Positions 26,105 to 35,995 of a stretch of DNA of 64,000 nucleotides are shown piece by piece (positions within the stretch are counted from its first letter, which is position 1; the number at the start of each line of letters is the position of its first letter). The notes beneath the pieces were generated by a model that did not search any database, was not told the DNA's origin, and worked only from the letters and a program-made list of their open reading frames with translations. The translations under genes were made by a program, and so were the position numbers. Source of the stretch: Eledone cirrhosa (taxonomy: Eukaryota); contig OZ024748.1 of the NCBI GenBank assembly GCA_964016885.1, positions 18,414,001 through 18,478,000 of the forward strand, written 5' to 3'.

Positions 26105-27268
26105 TAATTACTGATATTTTGGTTGTTGTTTTTTTTGTGATATTGTTATTTATCAGCACGCTGCATTTTGTCTTCATACACATATATATAGAGACAAGAC
26201 ATAGGAAGACTGAAAACTATAGCGTGTCAATAAATGACAGAAAAATCACTTAACACCACATCAAATTAAGTTATATAACACTTTCTATACATATATATAC
26301 ATTCACACACATACTTATATATATATATATACATTCGCACAGGCAGTTAAGAGAAGGAAAATATTTGAGTGAAGAAAGCATGTGTTTGATTCAATTAGCG
26401 ATGGTGACAAAAAGGTAGCGTGCCATATGTAAAGCATGTGGCGTATTATTGTAGATTTTAGTTGAGAGATCTACGGATCAGCTAAATTTACTATATATAT
26501 ATATATATATTATTTTATATACATGTATGTATTTTTTCAAAATATATATATATATATATAAAACTACCCATATATATAGATAGATAGAAATAGATATATA
26601 GTACACATTGTGGTGGTAGAGACGTGGATTCGTCTTTTTTACTTGTGATTTTTATTTCACAATCGGTTAACTTTATTGTGAGAAATATATTTTTAAAAAT
26701 ATAGTTTTAATTACCGATTACTATAACAATAATTATTAGTATTATTATAATTATAATGATGATAAAACTACATGTGCAACACACATATATTTAACTAAGG
26801 GCTTTTACCAGATACATATATTTATGTACATGTGCAGAATATGTATATATATGTGGACCTAGTATTTTATATTATATATATGGAATAAATAAATAATATA
26901 TAGATATATAAATATATATGGACTAAATAATTATTAGAAGAAAGAAGAGATACACGGCTAAACAGAAAAATGATTCTTTGAAAATGCTTTACAAAGAAAG
27001 AGCAAAGGGGAGAGTGAGAGGAAGAAAGGCAGATATGAGAGAGGGGTAAACAGAAAGACATAGAATAAGAGAGAGGTTGTATGATAGAAATATGTATGTA
27101 TGAAGAAGATATCTTGTATGGAATAAGGTGAAGATTTAATGGAAAGTTCTTTAAAAGATTATTTGTTTGTTAGTCGAACCTACCATTGACCATATCTCCA
27201 ACCATTTTATATTTAGTGACGACTAAATCCTGGGCAGGAGAATTCTCGGCATCTTCTTTGTCAGCCAT
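3846..27268 (-). CDS. PA2G4: Proliferation-associated protein 2G4 / ErbB3-binding protein 1 (EBP1); spliced gene span, 13 coding exons, 391 aa
   Basis: Manual splicing of 13 GT-AG exons (85,129,106,70,93,64,79,79,79,52,95,128,117 nt = 1176 nt) gives an open frame with PA2G4 hallmarks: [111 protein letters not shown]. Confidence 0.97.
4178..4269. repeat. Perfect 45-bp inverted repeat with 2-nt spacer
   Basis: 4178-4222 is the exact reverse complement of 4225-4269. Confidence 0.97.
4715..4850 (-). mobile_element. tRNA-derived SINE family B (copies on both strands: + near 14855, 21655, 31455, 34170, 45950; - near 15230, 19270, 42760, 43515, 45180, 49995)
   Basis: GTGGC.TAGTGGTTAG A box, GTTC.ATTC B box, CORE-like CTTGAGCAAGACACTTTATTTCAC. 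Confidence 0.8.
4914..5041 (-). CDS. PA2G4: PA2G4 exon 12 ([43 protein letters not shown])
   Basis: Acceptor tatgtag, donor AAG|GTGAGT; 128 nt. Confidence 0.97.
5145..6560 (+). mobile_element. Decayed piggyBac DNA transposon (PGBD4-like transposase pseudogene) in PA2G4 intron 11
   Basis: Frameshifted translation gives [29 protein letters not shown] (~6037-6125), CESDTGYC, a broken HIYFD motif and a degenerate YNxxMxGV motif; 5' part parallels the 9913-10710 copy. Confidence 0.9.
6560..7300 (-). mobile_element. Cluster of ~4 tRNA-derived SINEs (family A)
   Basis: Minus strand: A box TGGCAGAATCGG-like, B box GAGTTCAAATCC, core GCCTTTCATCC..GGGGTCGATAAAATAAAGTACCAG, tail GGCCTTGTGCC..AAAC(ATT)n. 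Confidence 0.85.
7320..7414 (-). CDS. PA2G4: PA2G4 exon 11 ([31 protein letters not shown])
   Basis: Acceptor atttcag, donor G|GTATTT; 95 nt; in ORF 7297..7581. Confidence 0.97.
7848..7970. ncRNA. Paralogous structured intronic element A (snoRNA-like; strand uncertain)
   Basis: Aligns with 15655-15775; shared blocks TACTTGT.AAAATT.GCA.TAT, ATGTGAT, GTTTTGTA, CTAATGTGGTTT, GTACAGGACA. Confidence 0.3.
8062..8113 (-). CDS. PA2G4: PA2G4 exon 10 ([18 protein letters not shown])
   Basis: Acceptor atttacag, donor CG|GTGTGT; 52 nt; supplies the MPFTxR motif and restores phase. Confidence 0.93.
8150..8418 (-). mobile_element. Decayed RTE LINE 3' fragment in intron 9
   Basis: Minus-strand translation [11 protein letters not shown] plus RTE-type tail. 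Confidence 0.65.
8430..8556 (-). ncRNA. Candidate intronic box H/ACA snoRNA, copy 1 (PA2G4 intron 9)
   Basis: 127 nt, about 87% identical to 9492-9618; hairpin, AAAUAA hinge, hairpin, AUA-AAU end; G.U pairs favour the host strand. Confidence 0.5.
8904..9103 (+). mobile_element. piggyBac-derived MITE
   Basis: TTAA|CCCTTTAG...TAAAGGG|TTAA. Confidence 0.85.
9269..9347 (-). CDS. PA2G4: PA2G4 exon 9 ([26 protein letters not shown])
   Basis: Acceptor tttttag, donor C|GTAAGT; 79 nt. Confidence 0.95.
9492..9618 (-). ncRNA. Candidate intronic box H/ACA snoRNA, copy 2 (PA2G4 intron 8; H box degenerate)
   Basis: Paralog of 8430-8556 with pairing-preserving substitutions; hinge reads GAAUAA. Confidence 0.42.
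9726..9804 (-). CDS. PA2G4: PA2G4 exon 8 ([27 protein letters not shown])
   Basis: Acceptor ttgtccag, donor AAG|GTAAAT; 79 nt; visible in ORF 9684..9884. Confidence 0.97.
9913..10710 (+). mobile_element. 5' half of piggyBac transposon with transposase N-terminus (ORF 10121..10612), intron 7
   Basis: TTAA|CCCTTTAG terminus; acidic N-terminus, [41 protein letters not shown] typical of piggyBac. Confidence 0.9.
11307..11838. repeat. Minisatellite, 48-bp unit x 11
   Basis: tttatcatggctctagcaccaccatcttagagggtagattgggtg(t/a)ta with exact 48-bp period (11307 to 11787). Confidence 0.97.
11876..11954 (-). CDS. PA2G4: PA2G4 exon 7 ([26 protein letters not shown])
   Basis: Acceptor atttcag, donor AG|GTAAGT; 79 nt. 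Confidence 0.97.
12695..12758 (-). CDS. PA2G4: PA2G4 exon 6 ([21 protein letters not shown])
   Basis: Acceptor attgtag, donor G|GTAAGT; 64 nt. Confidence 0.96.
12783..12967 (+). mobile_element. Second TTAA-flanked MITE family (related copies near 455-645, 13070-13520, 33630-33845, 37681-37895, 47558-47995)
   Basis: TTAA|CCCTTT...AAAGGG|TTAA; shared body with ctggttc.at.atacaa and aaatatggtaatgaaagggttaa motifs. Confidence 0.65.
13842..14024. mobile_element. mariner-like MITE
   Basis: TA|TGAGGGTTGACTGAAAAGTTC...GAACTTTTCAGCCGACCCTCG|TA. Confidence 0.85.
14267..14359 (-). CDS. PA2G4: PA2G4 exon 5 ([31 protein letters not shown])
   Basis: Acceptor ttttaag, donor GTAAGT; 93 nt, phase 0-0. Confidence 0.97.
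14402..14607 (-). mobile_element. piggyBac-derived MITE, reverse orientation
   Basis: Reverse complement of the family body (ctttatctcacataatat, gaacaataccttaacatcagtatgag). Confidence 0.75.
15655..15775. ncRNA. Paralogous structured intronic element B (snoRNA-like; strand uncertain)
   Basis: Paralog of 7848-7970; two-hairpin fold. Confidence 0.3.
15839..15908 (-). CDS. PA2G4: PA2G4 exon 4 ([24 protein letters not shown])
   Basis: Acceptor cttacag, donor GTAAGT; 70 nt. Confidence 0.97.
16548..16800. repeat. Minisatellite, ~47-bp unit x ~5
   Basis: aaaccacccttaatgtgtcccatcacagtaacaccccagtaatatt repeated with decay. Confidence 0.9.
16841..16946 (-). CDS. PA2G4: PA2G4 exon 3 ([35 protein letters not shown])
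   Basis: Acceptor ttccag, donor AT|GTAAGT; 106 nt. Confidence 0.97.
17618..17822 (+). mobile_element. piggyBac-derived MITE
   Basis: TTAA|CCCTTTAGCATTTA...TAAATGCTAAAGGG|TTAA, perfect TIR and TSD. Confidence 0.9.
18449..18577 (-). CDS. PA2G4: PA2G4 exon 2 ([43 protein letters not shown])
   Basis: Acceptor gtgcag, donor G|GTAAGG; 129 nt, phase 1-1. Confidence 0.96.
18822..19090. mobile_element. Foldback MITE interrupted by an RTE-tail repeat
   Basis: ~47-bp imperfect inverted arms atgtattttgggacggtc...cactgg / ccagcg...ccaaaatacat. Confidence 0.6.
19972..20121 (+). mobile_element. piggyBac-derived MITE, internally deleted
   Basis: TTAA flanks, family body. Confidence 0.75.
21897..21993. 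mobile_element. Tc1/mariner-type tiny MITE
   Basis: CAGAATGTCCCCCAAAAATGTATACACAC / GTGTGAATACATTTTTAGGGACACCCTG inverted ends. Confidence 0.75.
27184..27268 (-). CDS. PA2G4: PA2G4 coding exon 1 ([28 protein letters not shown])
   Basis: ATG in context ccaacATGG; donor G|GTAGGT, phase 1. Confidence 0.95.
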
Positions 27269-27289
27269 GTTGGAAGTATGAAGAGTTCC

Positions 27290-27309
27290 AGGCAAAGGAA
27301 GGCGGGAAC
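27290..27309 (-). promoter_or_regulatory. Candidate TCT/5'TOP-like initiator of PA2G4 (TTCCCGCCTTCCTTTGCC)
   Basis: Pyrimidine tract containing CTTCCTTT 25-40 nt upstream of the ATG, with no acceptor AG in between; resembles ribosomal-protein-type starts. TSS not proven. Confidence 0.45.
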
Positions 27310-28948
27310 GACACCAGCCTCACTCTCACCTTCAAACACCACACACACATACTGGTATATTGAGGCTCACACTGACGTACTAAAGCTATCACACACACAC
27401 TCACGAACTGTCATACTGAGGCTCACATATAAACTTCAGTATTATACTCTCTCTCACACACACTTACATCCTAAGGCTCATAGACACACACATATTGACG
27501 TACTAATTCATACATACACTTTCACAGATGTATAAACGTACTGACGGACACACAGATACACAAACATATACGAACTTATTCACACACTGACACAAGCGCG
27601 ACTACAAAACATAGACATGTACAGATAGACACACACACACATATATATATATACACCTTCCCATTGCTGTTTTTTCTCCGTTCGTTTTTACCTTGTTCCT
27701 CATTAAAATTAACCTCTTCTTTTCACTTTACTCTCTCACTATATATATATATTTATTTAAGATTTTTTTCTAATCTTCTCTCTACACATTTCTTTTTTTC
27801 TTCAAAATCTTTTTCGACCCCTTTTTTTAAAAAATTAAATCCCCACCCCTCCTCTTTCAAATCTTTATCTTTCTTTTTGTTCCTCACTATCTTTGTATTT
27901 TTTTTTATTTCTAAAATATCTTTTCTGGGTCTCTCTCCCTTCCCCCCTTCTCTCTCTCAATTTATATATGATATATATAATCATTTTCCTTTTTATACCG
28001 GTCTGTCTCTACTTTTGCTTCTACTATCATCTATATTTATAATCTACAACAATTACCTTTTCTCCTTCCCTCGCTCTCTATACTATTACCCTTTCTCCCT
28101 CCCTCGCTTTCTATCACTCTACACTCTTACCCTTTCTCAATGCCTCACTATCTGCACTCTCGCTTTACTCTCCCCCTACCAGCCACCCCTCTCTCTATCT
28201 ATCTATCTCTGTATCATTCCCCTCTCATTATTTATTCCGTCCCCTTCTCTTTTAATATCTTTCTCTAACCCTCTGCTTTATTATCTACTATCTTTCTCTC
28301 TCTGTTTCATTGTCTATTTTCACCCTCTATAGTCAGCAATTTTTTTCCCCCTACTCATCCTCTCACTTATGTGTTCCCTTTTTTTACTCAATAGTTCTAC
28401 CCTCTTACTCTCTCAGACTATATATTTTTTCACAATGACTTTCTGCACCTTTATATACTACCTACCTCCAGGCCCTCACAACCATCTCTCTATTGTAGCA
28501 CTATGTCCTTTTATCCCCCCCCCCCCAGCCTGCTCCCACCACCATCACTACTACATCACACACTGTCCCTCTCTTCATTCCAACATGCCAAAACATCCCT
28601 TTTGGTTAAAAAGAAATCATTTCTCTTTTTTATTACTTGTCTCCTTTTTCATCTCTATATATTTGTCTATAAATAAGGATGAAGTGTTACACACACGCGC
28701 CCGCGCGTACACACACACACATATATATATATATATAAGTGTATGTGTTGAAACACTATATATATATGTATCTATGTGTGCATTATGCATATATACATAT
28801 ATATATATATCTATGTGCGTGTGCGTGTATGTATTATCTAGCAATGTGTATCTGTATATATCTCTCAATATATATACACGTATGTAGATAGATATGAGTA
28901 TGTGTGTCTACATGGTTTTAATAAGGCATTAAATGAAATGAAGATTAA

Positions 28949-29150
28949 CCTTTTAACATTTACATTACTCTATATATACTGTTGTATTTTTGTGGTAAAT
29001 AATTATCTCACATAATATCAAATCTACGAGATTTTAATATTTTTTTATTTTGAGAACAATACATTAACATCAGTATGAGCGGCCAGTTACAGCCGGTTTG
29101 AACAGAAAGAGGTGAGAAAGTTCTTGCTGGATACGACCGGTTTAAATGGG
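28949..29150 (-). mobile_element. piggyBac-derived MITE, reverse orientation
   Basis: Reverse complement of family body; TTAA at left end. Confidence 0.75.
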
Positions 29151-29602
29151 AGAATTTATTCATTAAAATAAATATAATAGAGATACCTTTATTCCTATGA
29201 ACACCAAAATCTAGGGGAAATAAATGATACTGTAGAGAGAGCTACAGAAAATATTCTTATATCATTTACCAATTGCTGCTAACTTTCCATAACTTCAGTG
29301 AAAGAAATATCATGTTTCTATTTGTCTGTAAAGTTATTTCCCTTGATATTCGTAATGCATTATCTCCCTTGATATCTGAAAAGCAACGTTATCTCCCTTG
29401 TTAGTTTTATTCATTAGACAGCAATCATGTTGAAGCACCACCTTCATCGGTTTAGTCGTTCGTATCGATCTCAGTATCAATTGGTTTTGTTTCTTTAAAT
29501 ATAGTACTTATTCTATTGATCAGAATGTGTTGTCATACTGCTAAATTACGGGACATAAACAACACTGCTTGTTAAATAGTGTAAATGTCAACACACATCT
29601 CC

Positions 29603-30310
29603 ATAATAATAATAATAATAATGAAATTATTGTGTAAAGTGCTCAGGTGCACTACAACTCGTCAAAGGTGCATGTATAGTACATAGAATAATTGTTTCTA
29701 CTTTTGGCACAAGGCCAGCAATTACCCAGTACATTACTGGTACTTTATTTTATCGACCCCGTAAGGATGAAAGGCAAAGTTAACCTCGGCGGGATTTGAA
29801 CACAGACCGTAAAGAGATGTCAGAGAAGTGAATGGTGTATGAGTCATGATATACATGTATGTGTATGGAGGGGGAACATTAGGTGTAGTGTTGGTGAATC
29901 TCGGGAAGCATGGAGCCCTTAAAGGATGCAGTGTCTCGACAGCTAACAACCAATGCAGGTAGTTTGTTCCATGCTTCAGCAACTCTGAGCGTGAAAAATA
30001 TTTCCGAAAGTCATGGGGACTGTACTGTTTTCTGACTTTGTGGGCATGCCCACTTGTGTTAGACACATGGAAATCAAAAAGGTACTCAGGGTTGTTGTTG
30101 GCAAGATGATTAACAAATTTGTGGGTGTTTACCAAGTCAGTTGCCAGGCGTCGGAGCTTCAATGTATCCATGCCCAGGGAAGCAAGGCGCTCAGAGTATG
30201 GTAGATGCCTGATGGAGGGTATTCGCTTGGTTGCACGTCTCTGAACAGTTTCCAGGCAGTCAATGTTCTAAGCAAGATAGGGGTTCCAGACTGGTGATGC
30301 AAATTCTACA
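29603..30310 (-). mobile_element. CR1-clade LINE 3' fragment with a SINE inserted at ~29690-29815
   Basis: High similarity to 31998-32727. Confidence 0.9.
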
Positions 30311-31997
30311 TATATATATTGATTGGTAATATAGTTCTACCGTTGGTATATATATATATATATATCAAAAGAGAGCAGAGAAATAGACTTTGCCAGCTTC
30401 ACAGAGAAGCTCAACACTTATATCATGTATATTTGGGTTTATAGAAAATAGAGATTTTAGCATGGAAAATTAGTTCTGCCATTTTAAACGTAATCTGGCA
30501 AGAATCAGAAGTTAGGAATTTAACACCCTCATGCAAATTGTATTTCACTGTATATTCTGTTGGTTCTTATGACAAGGAATAATTTGGATGCCCTATACTT
30601 AAGGTTAAAAAATATTTAAAGTGATTAATCATCATAATTGGCTTTCTATCTCACTGGAGAGGGTGAAGTGTGATCTGGGATTCATATTTAGTCTATCGAA
30701 GAAGATGAAATTTCCAACAACATTTGAATGATTTGAACAACAAGCTTATCAATGCGAAGCATTGTAGGTTTGGTAGGTGTGACCAAGTTCGGTTTGGGGC
30801 TTATGTTGGCAACATACATCCCACTGTTATAAATACTGCTATGCCATAAATGAGAGCCATCTGTTCTACAGCCACAGAGATTAGGGGTATTAAATTTTGT
30901 GTGAATATATCCTGGCCAAAACCAGCTAAGTGTGATGGTGGAGAAGATCAGATTAAAGGAGATTTTCTATAGAGGTCAGAAAGGTTATTCAAAATTATTA
31001 AAATTTATAAAAAGTAATGAAAGTTAGGTTGAATGTTGCGTTAAGTAAGTGAACAAAAATTAATCATGAATAAATACATTACATAAAAAATATAAGTAAA
31101 TATAGACATAAATATATATTAGTTATTGTCAGTGTTTCGTTAAAATAATGTGATTAAGGGTAAGTAATCTAGTTCACATATGTGTGTTTGTATTGTGAAA
31201 GAAAAGACAAGGAATGTGGTTTGACGTAATGACTCTCTTCATCTCTGCAAGGTCCCAAAAAATGATATACCAGTACTGGGTATATTCATATATTGAAGAT
31301 GGGAAATTAATTAATTCCAAGCACTCAAGGAATGGAAACACATACCATATAATTATTAATAGCAGCGATGCTAATGATCATGATGATAGAATTGTGGGGG
31401 ATGGATAGAAATGCAAGTATATAGATGAAGGTAAAGTTGAAGAAATAATATCATGGGTTCGATTCTTGGACTGGGTTGTGTGTTGTGTTTGTGAGCAAAA
31501 CATTTTATTTCCAGTTGCTCCAGTATACTCAGTTGAAAATGAGTACCAACAATAGCTGGGGGTTTAACCCTGTGATCGACTGGTATCCTGTCTAGGGTGG
31601 AGTTTTGTTCTCTCAGTCACTTAACACCACAAAAACTGGGATAAGCACCAGTCTGACAAGCTTCCAGGCTCAAGAGAGACTTCAGACTTAGTCTTCTGCT
31701 TGTTGACTTCATTTATCTTTTATTTATTTTTGGAGAAGAATTTACCTGTCAGACAAGACCATTTCAACAGGACACATTCTCCAAACTCTGGTCAATTTTG
31801 CCTTTCATCCTTACACCATGGGAAGGTAGGGTAAGGTCCTTATCCCTCAATTTCCACTGGTGCAACCTCAGATTTAAAAAATAGAGTTTATAAAAACTGT
31901 CCTGAAATATGTCTCTTGTGAAAGAGTTCTCTCCAAGAATATTTCTGAAGCTCTGCCAATCACCAAAGTTAAACAATAGGCCTGCCTACCTTTCTGG

Positions 31998-32727
31998 TAA
32001 TAATAATAATATAATAATAATGAAATATTGTGTAGTGCTCAGGTGCACTACAACTCATCAAAAAGTGTATGTATAGTACATAGGGTAATGTAAAAACGTC
32101 AGGAAAATGAACAGTGCATGAGTCATGATATACACATGTGTGCATGTGTATGGAAGGGGTACATCAGGTGTGGTTTTGGCGTATTTCTGGAAGCATGAGG
32201 GTTTTAAAGGATGCAGTGTCTCGGCAGCTAACAACTGACACAGGCATTTGTTCCATGCTTCAGCAACTCTGAGCGTGAAAAAATGTTTACGAAAGTCATG
32301 GGAGCTGTGCTGTTTTCTGATTTTGTAGGCATGTCCACGTGTGTTAGACACATGGAGATCAAAAAGGTGCTCAGGGTTGTTGTTGGCGAGATGGTTAATA
32401 ACTTTGTGGGTCTTTACCAAGTCCATTGCCAGATGTCGGAGCTTCAATGAATCCATGCCCAGGGAAACAAGGCGTTCAGAGTATGGTAGGTGTCTGATGG
32501 AGGGTATGCGCTTGGTTGCACGTCTCTGAACAGTTTCCAGGAGGTCAATGTTCTGAGCAAGATAAGGGTTCCAGACTGATGATGCGAATTCCAAGTGTGG
32601 TCGTACCATAGCTGTATACAGCTTTAAATAGATGGCTGGAGAGCGGCTAACAAAGGTCTTTCTGAGTGATGCCAAGACACCCTCGGCCTTCTTGACAATC
32701 TTAGAGACATGCTTTGTCCAACACAAT
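31998..32727 (-). mobile_element. 5'-truncated CR1-clade LINE (ORF2 C-terminus, ORF 32058..32726)
   Basis: LYTAMVRPHLEFASSVWNPY, LETVQRRATK, LPYSERL, TRGH, FFTLRVAEAWN; 3' stem-loop TGTAGTGC/GCACTACA and (ATT)n tail. Confidence 0.93.
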
Positions 32728-34490
32728 CAATAAAGTAATCATGCCTATTCTTCTGTATATATCTAAAGTATGCAGCAGCAAGTGTTTTATGGCTATTTTC
32801 TGTGCAAAATCATGGGTTAGTTATGTAGGCCTCCTGAAAGTCTTCATACTCCTCATGTAAAGAAAGGGTTATTGACACAGGCAGAGTGTTTCATTAGAAA
32901 TATGGTCATGAAAGTGTTAAACAGTGTTCAATAGTAATTACATATGCAGCTTATCAAAAATTGATGAAAGCAGTTTGAGCTTATAGGTACTGTTGCTGTG
33001 TCATCATCATATTCGTTTTAATGTCCAGTTTCCTTGCTAGCAAGGGCTGGCTGTGTCTACATAGACCAAGTCAGTACTGAAGCAGAGCTGCTGATCTCCT
33101 TGACAGGCCAGAGATCTGCATCTTGCTTATGTGTGGTTCACTTTCTACCAAGTGCACAGGAGAGGTTGTCATGTTTTTGACACAACTGAGGGTCCTTCTT
33201 GTGGTTAGAAAAAGCTACCTCACTTACCGCTTTCGCAGGTGCCGCTAATCCAATGGCTGGTTTCGCCAAGCACCCTTCTGGTCGAGCACTTCCCAGCCTC
33301 CGCACACCACACCATACCCACACTTCTAACCCTTTAATTGGCAAGTTTTCTATGGCTGGATACCCTTCCTATCACCAACCACTTTACAGCTGCTGCTGTG
33401 TTTAAAAAATAAATCCCATGCATTTCCTTGAAAAACCAATATGTCAACATTCAGTATATTTAGAAGCATAAGAATTGTACATGAACAAACTAGTGAAAAC
33501 TGTTGTGGTTGAATAATAAGCTGAAATTTAGAAATTAAATTTGTTTGGCTCTGATGGTTGAGTGCAAGTTCCATGTTGTACAAGAGAATTTCACCTAGAA
33601 TGCATAATTCCATGATACCAAACTGCTTCAACCACCCCTGGTTCCATCATACAAAACTGTTTGTTTTAGAGTGATTATATTTATCTAGAAACCTTTCAAA
33701 ATAACTTAAGTTGGATTCTAAACACCAACTTAATAACAAAAAAGTTAGTTATATCATTAAATCTCTCTATATTCTTGGTTACTTTAAACATTATTTGAAG
33801 ATCATTGGCCGTGTCTTTCATTAGAAATATGGTAATGAAATGGTTCAACATGGTAGTGGCAATGTCAAGATTTGGAGCTGAATGTCTGAAAAAGAGGCCA
33901 GTAGGATTAATACATTAACACCACCACCTGGTCTTTGGGTACCTTTAGTAGGGTTCAATCTGCTGCAAGATTCTAGTTTGAGTATAACTTCCTTCTTTCC
34001 CTCTTTCTACCGACCTGGGAGGCCTTGAAAAAATAAAGGGTTACGGGCACTGCTCTCTCTTCTTATGGTAAGTGGTAAAAGTAGAAAAATAATAAAGCAC
34101 AAGGAGGAGGGGCAGAATGAATCATAAGCAGTACACCTTATCTGGAGATCTTGGAGAAGTCTATGTTACAGCTAAGTGGTTAGTAGAGTCATGAGTTTGA
34201 TTCCCAGATTGTGTGATGCACTGTCTTCTTGAGCAAGACACTTTATTTCACATGGATCCGATCCACAAAAAAAAAATTAGTATTTCAAAAGGCCAGCCTT
34301 GTTTCACATTGTGTCATGCTGAATCTCCCTGAGCACTACTACATTAAGGTGTACATGTGTCTGTGAAATGCTCAGTCACTTGCTCATTAATTTAATGAGC
34401 AGGTTGTTCCATTACTGAAACCACGAGAACCCTTATCATCAGAACTGAAAGAAACCCAGCATGTTATAAGAAGTATGTTTTCATAGAATA

Positions 34491-34809
34491 CTAGACCACC
34501 CGTGACCCGTTGGGTCCCGTTCATTTAAAAATATTTTTTAAAAATCATGTTCACTTAAAAATAATTTTTACAGCTCTCTCTCTCTTCCATTTTCCTTCTG
34601 TCTCCTCTCTTTCTATCTACACTCTCACAACCACTATCGCTTTCTCTCTCTCTCTATTTATGAAAGTACCCAGAAAAACCCTGTATCTCAGGAATCCGTG
34701 ATCCGATTTACGCGGAACTTTTTTTCAAAGTATTTTCCCATTATGCACCGTTTTGGCTGTATTAAATTACAGACAAGCACACAATCACAGAGTTTTAGTA
34801 GTGTATAGA
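34491..34809 (-). mobile_element. Non-autonomous Helitron
   Basis: On minus strand A|TC...hairpin GACCCAACGGGTC...CTAG|T; paralog at 63285-63820. Confidence 0.8.
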
Positions 34810-35162
34810 TAGATATATAGTGAAATGTGGTAACAGCCTGAATCGACTAATGAGGAGCTGTTGTGTTCTTTTCTTGGCTCATTCTGTCTTTCTGAAGTGG
34901 ATGTTGCTTCATGGTATTACCTCAGAATTTAGCAAGGAAGATTCATAGAAAGAGTCTGTCAAACTTGCGAGACTAATTTTTGTGGGTGGCCAACTCCATC
35001 TTGACTGCAGTAAGTAAGGAGGTCGTTCAGGGACTAAGGACGGCATAAGTTTAGACCACTGTAGGTTCGATGATAAACCTACTGGAAAGTGACTGGCACT
35101 TCAGCAATATGTGGTATTAATGTTTGTGCCATGATGAAATGCACTCAGTCTACTCTGTAAAG

Positions 35163-35436
35163 CAAAGGTTCTCAAACTTTTTGGGCCACTGTCCCCCTTA
35201 TGACCATGTAATACCCTCAGCGCCCCTTAACCTTATTTCCAGAGAGACCTGCCTACATGCAAATTATAAATAATATACAATATGTATAAATAAGTGTTAT
35301 ATATTATTTTACTATATTTATATATATGTATCATTTGATATTTAATATACTATTATATTATTTCTACCATTAGCGCCCCCTGGACCTTCTCAAGCCCCCC
35401 ACTGAGGGGTGGTAGCACCCACTTTGAGAACCTCTG
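35163..35436. mobile_element. hAT (Charlie-like) MITE
   Basis: TIRs CAAAGGTTCTCAAA / TTTGAGAACCTCTG; perfect 8-bp TSD CTGTAAAG at 35155-35162 and 35437-35444. Confidence 0.9.
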
Positions 35437-35741
35437 CTGTAAAGTGAGAGTGTTGGTGTCATGAAAAAGACATCCAGTCATAGAAATCATACCAAATATA
35501 GAATGTAACAAACCCAATTGCTTTCTCGGACATGTCTGATATGGGACCATGGCAGCCTGTTCAATCTATGCTACTGTGAAAAGAGGACATTAGGCAACAA
35601 AACCTGAGTCTGTAACTGAATTCACCAGGTTGTTGTAGGAGAAAGTATCGCTATAGGGTCACATTCCAGATGAGGGGCTTACCACTAACAAATATCTTAC
35701 TTAACATGGTTTCACACAATAAGTATTGCTCTCGTACTTCT

Positions 35742-35960
35742 ATAATAATAATGAAATTATTGTGTAGTGCTCAGGTGCACTACAACTCATCAAAGGTGCA
35801 TGTATAGTACATAGAATAATGTACAAATGTCAGGAAAGTGAACAGTGTACATAGATACATGTGTGCGTGTGTTTTGAGGTGGAATATCAGGTGTAGTGTT
35901 GGCAAATTTCGGGAAGCATGGAAGTTTTGAAGGATGCAGTGTCCCAACAGCTAATAACAG
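35742..35960 (-). mobile_element. CR1-clade LINE 3' end
   Basis: Same 3' UTR, stem-loop and tail as the 31998 copy. Confidence 0.85.
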
Positions 35961-35995
35961 ATATTTTAATAAACGGCCTGAAACCACTCCTGGTT

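Noticed and set aside
27322-27333. Minus-strand donor-like AAG|GTGAGA upstream of the PA2G4 ATG
   Set aside because: No suitable acceptor AG between it and the start codon, so a 5' UTR intron is unsupported.
27664-28887. 222-aa and 172-aa Leu/Ser/Phe-rich ORFs
   Set aside because: Artefacts of a pyrimidine-rich low-complexity tract; no recognisable motifs.
29330-29405. Three TTAT(C/T)TCCCTTG direct repeats
   Set aside because: Most likely subterminal repeats of a decayed DNA element; too short to assign a function.
34860-35020. Possible plus-strand exon with a GTAAGT donor
   Set aside because: Stops in all three frames and no partner exons.
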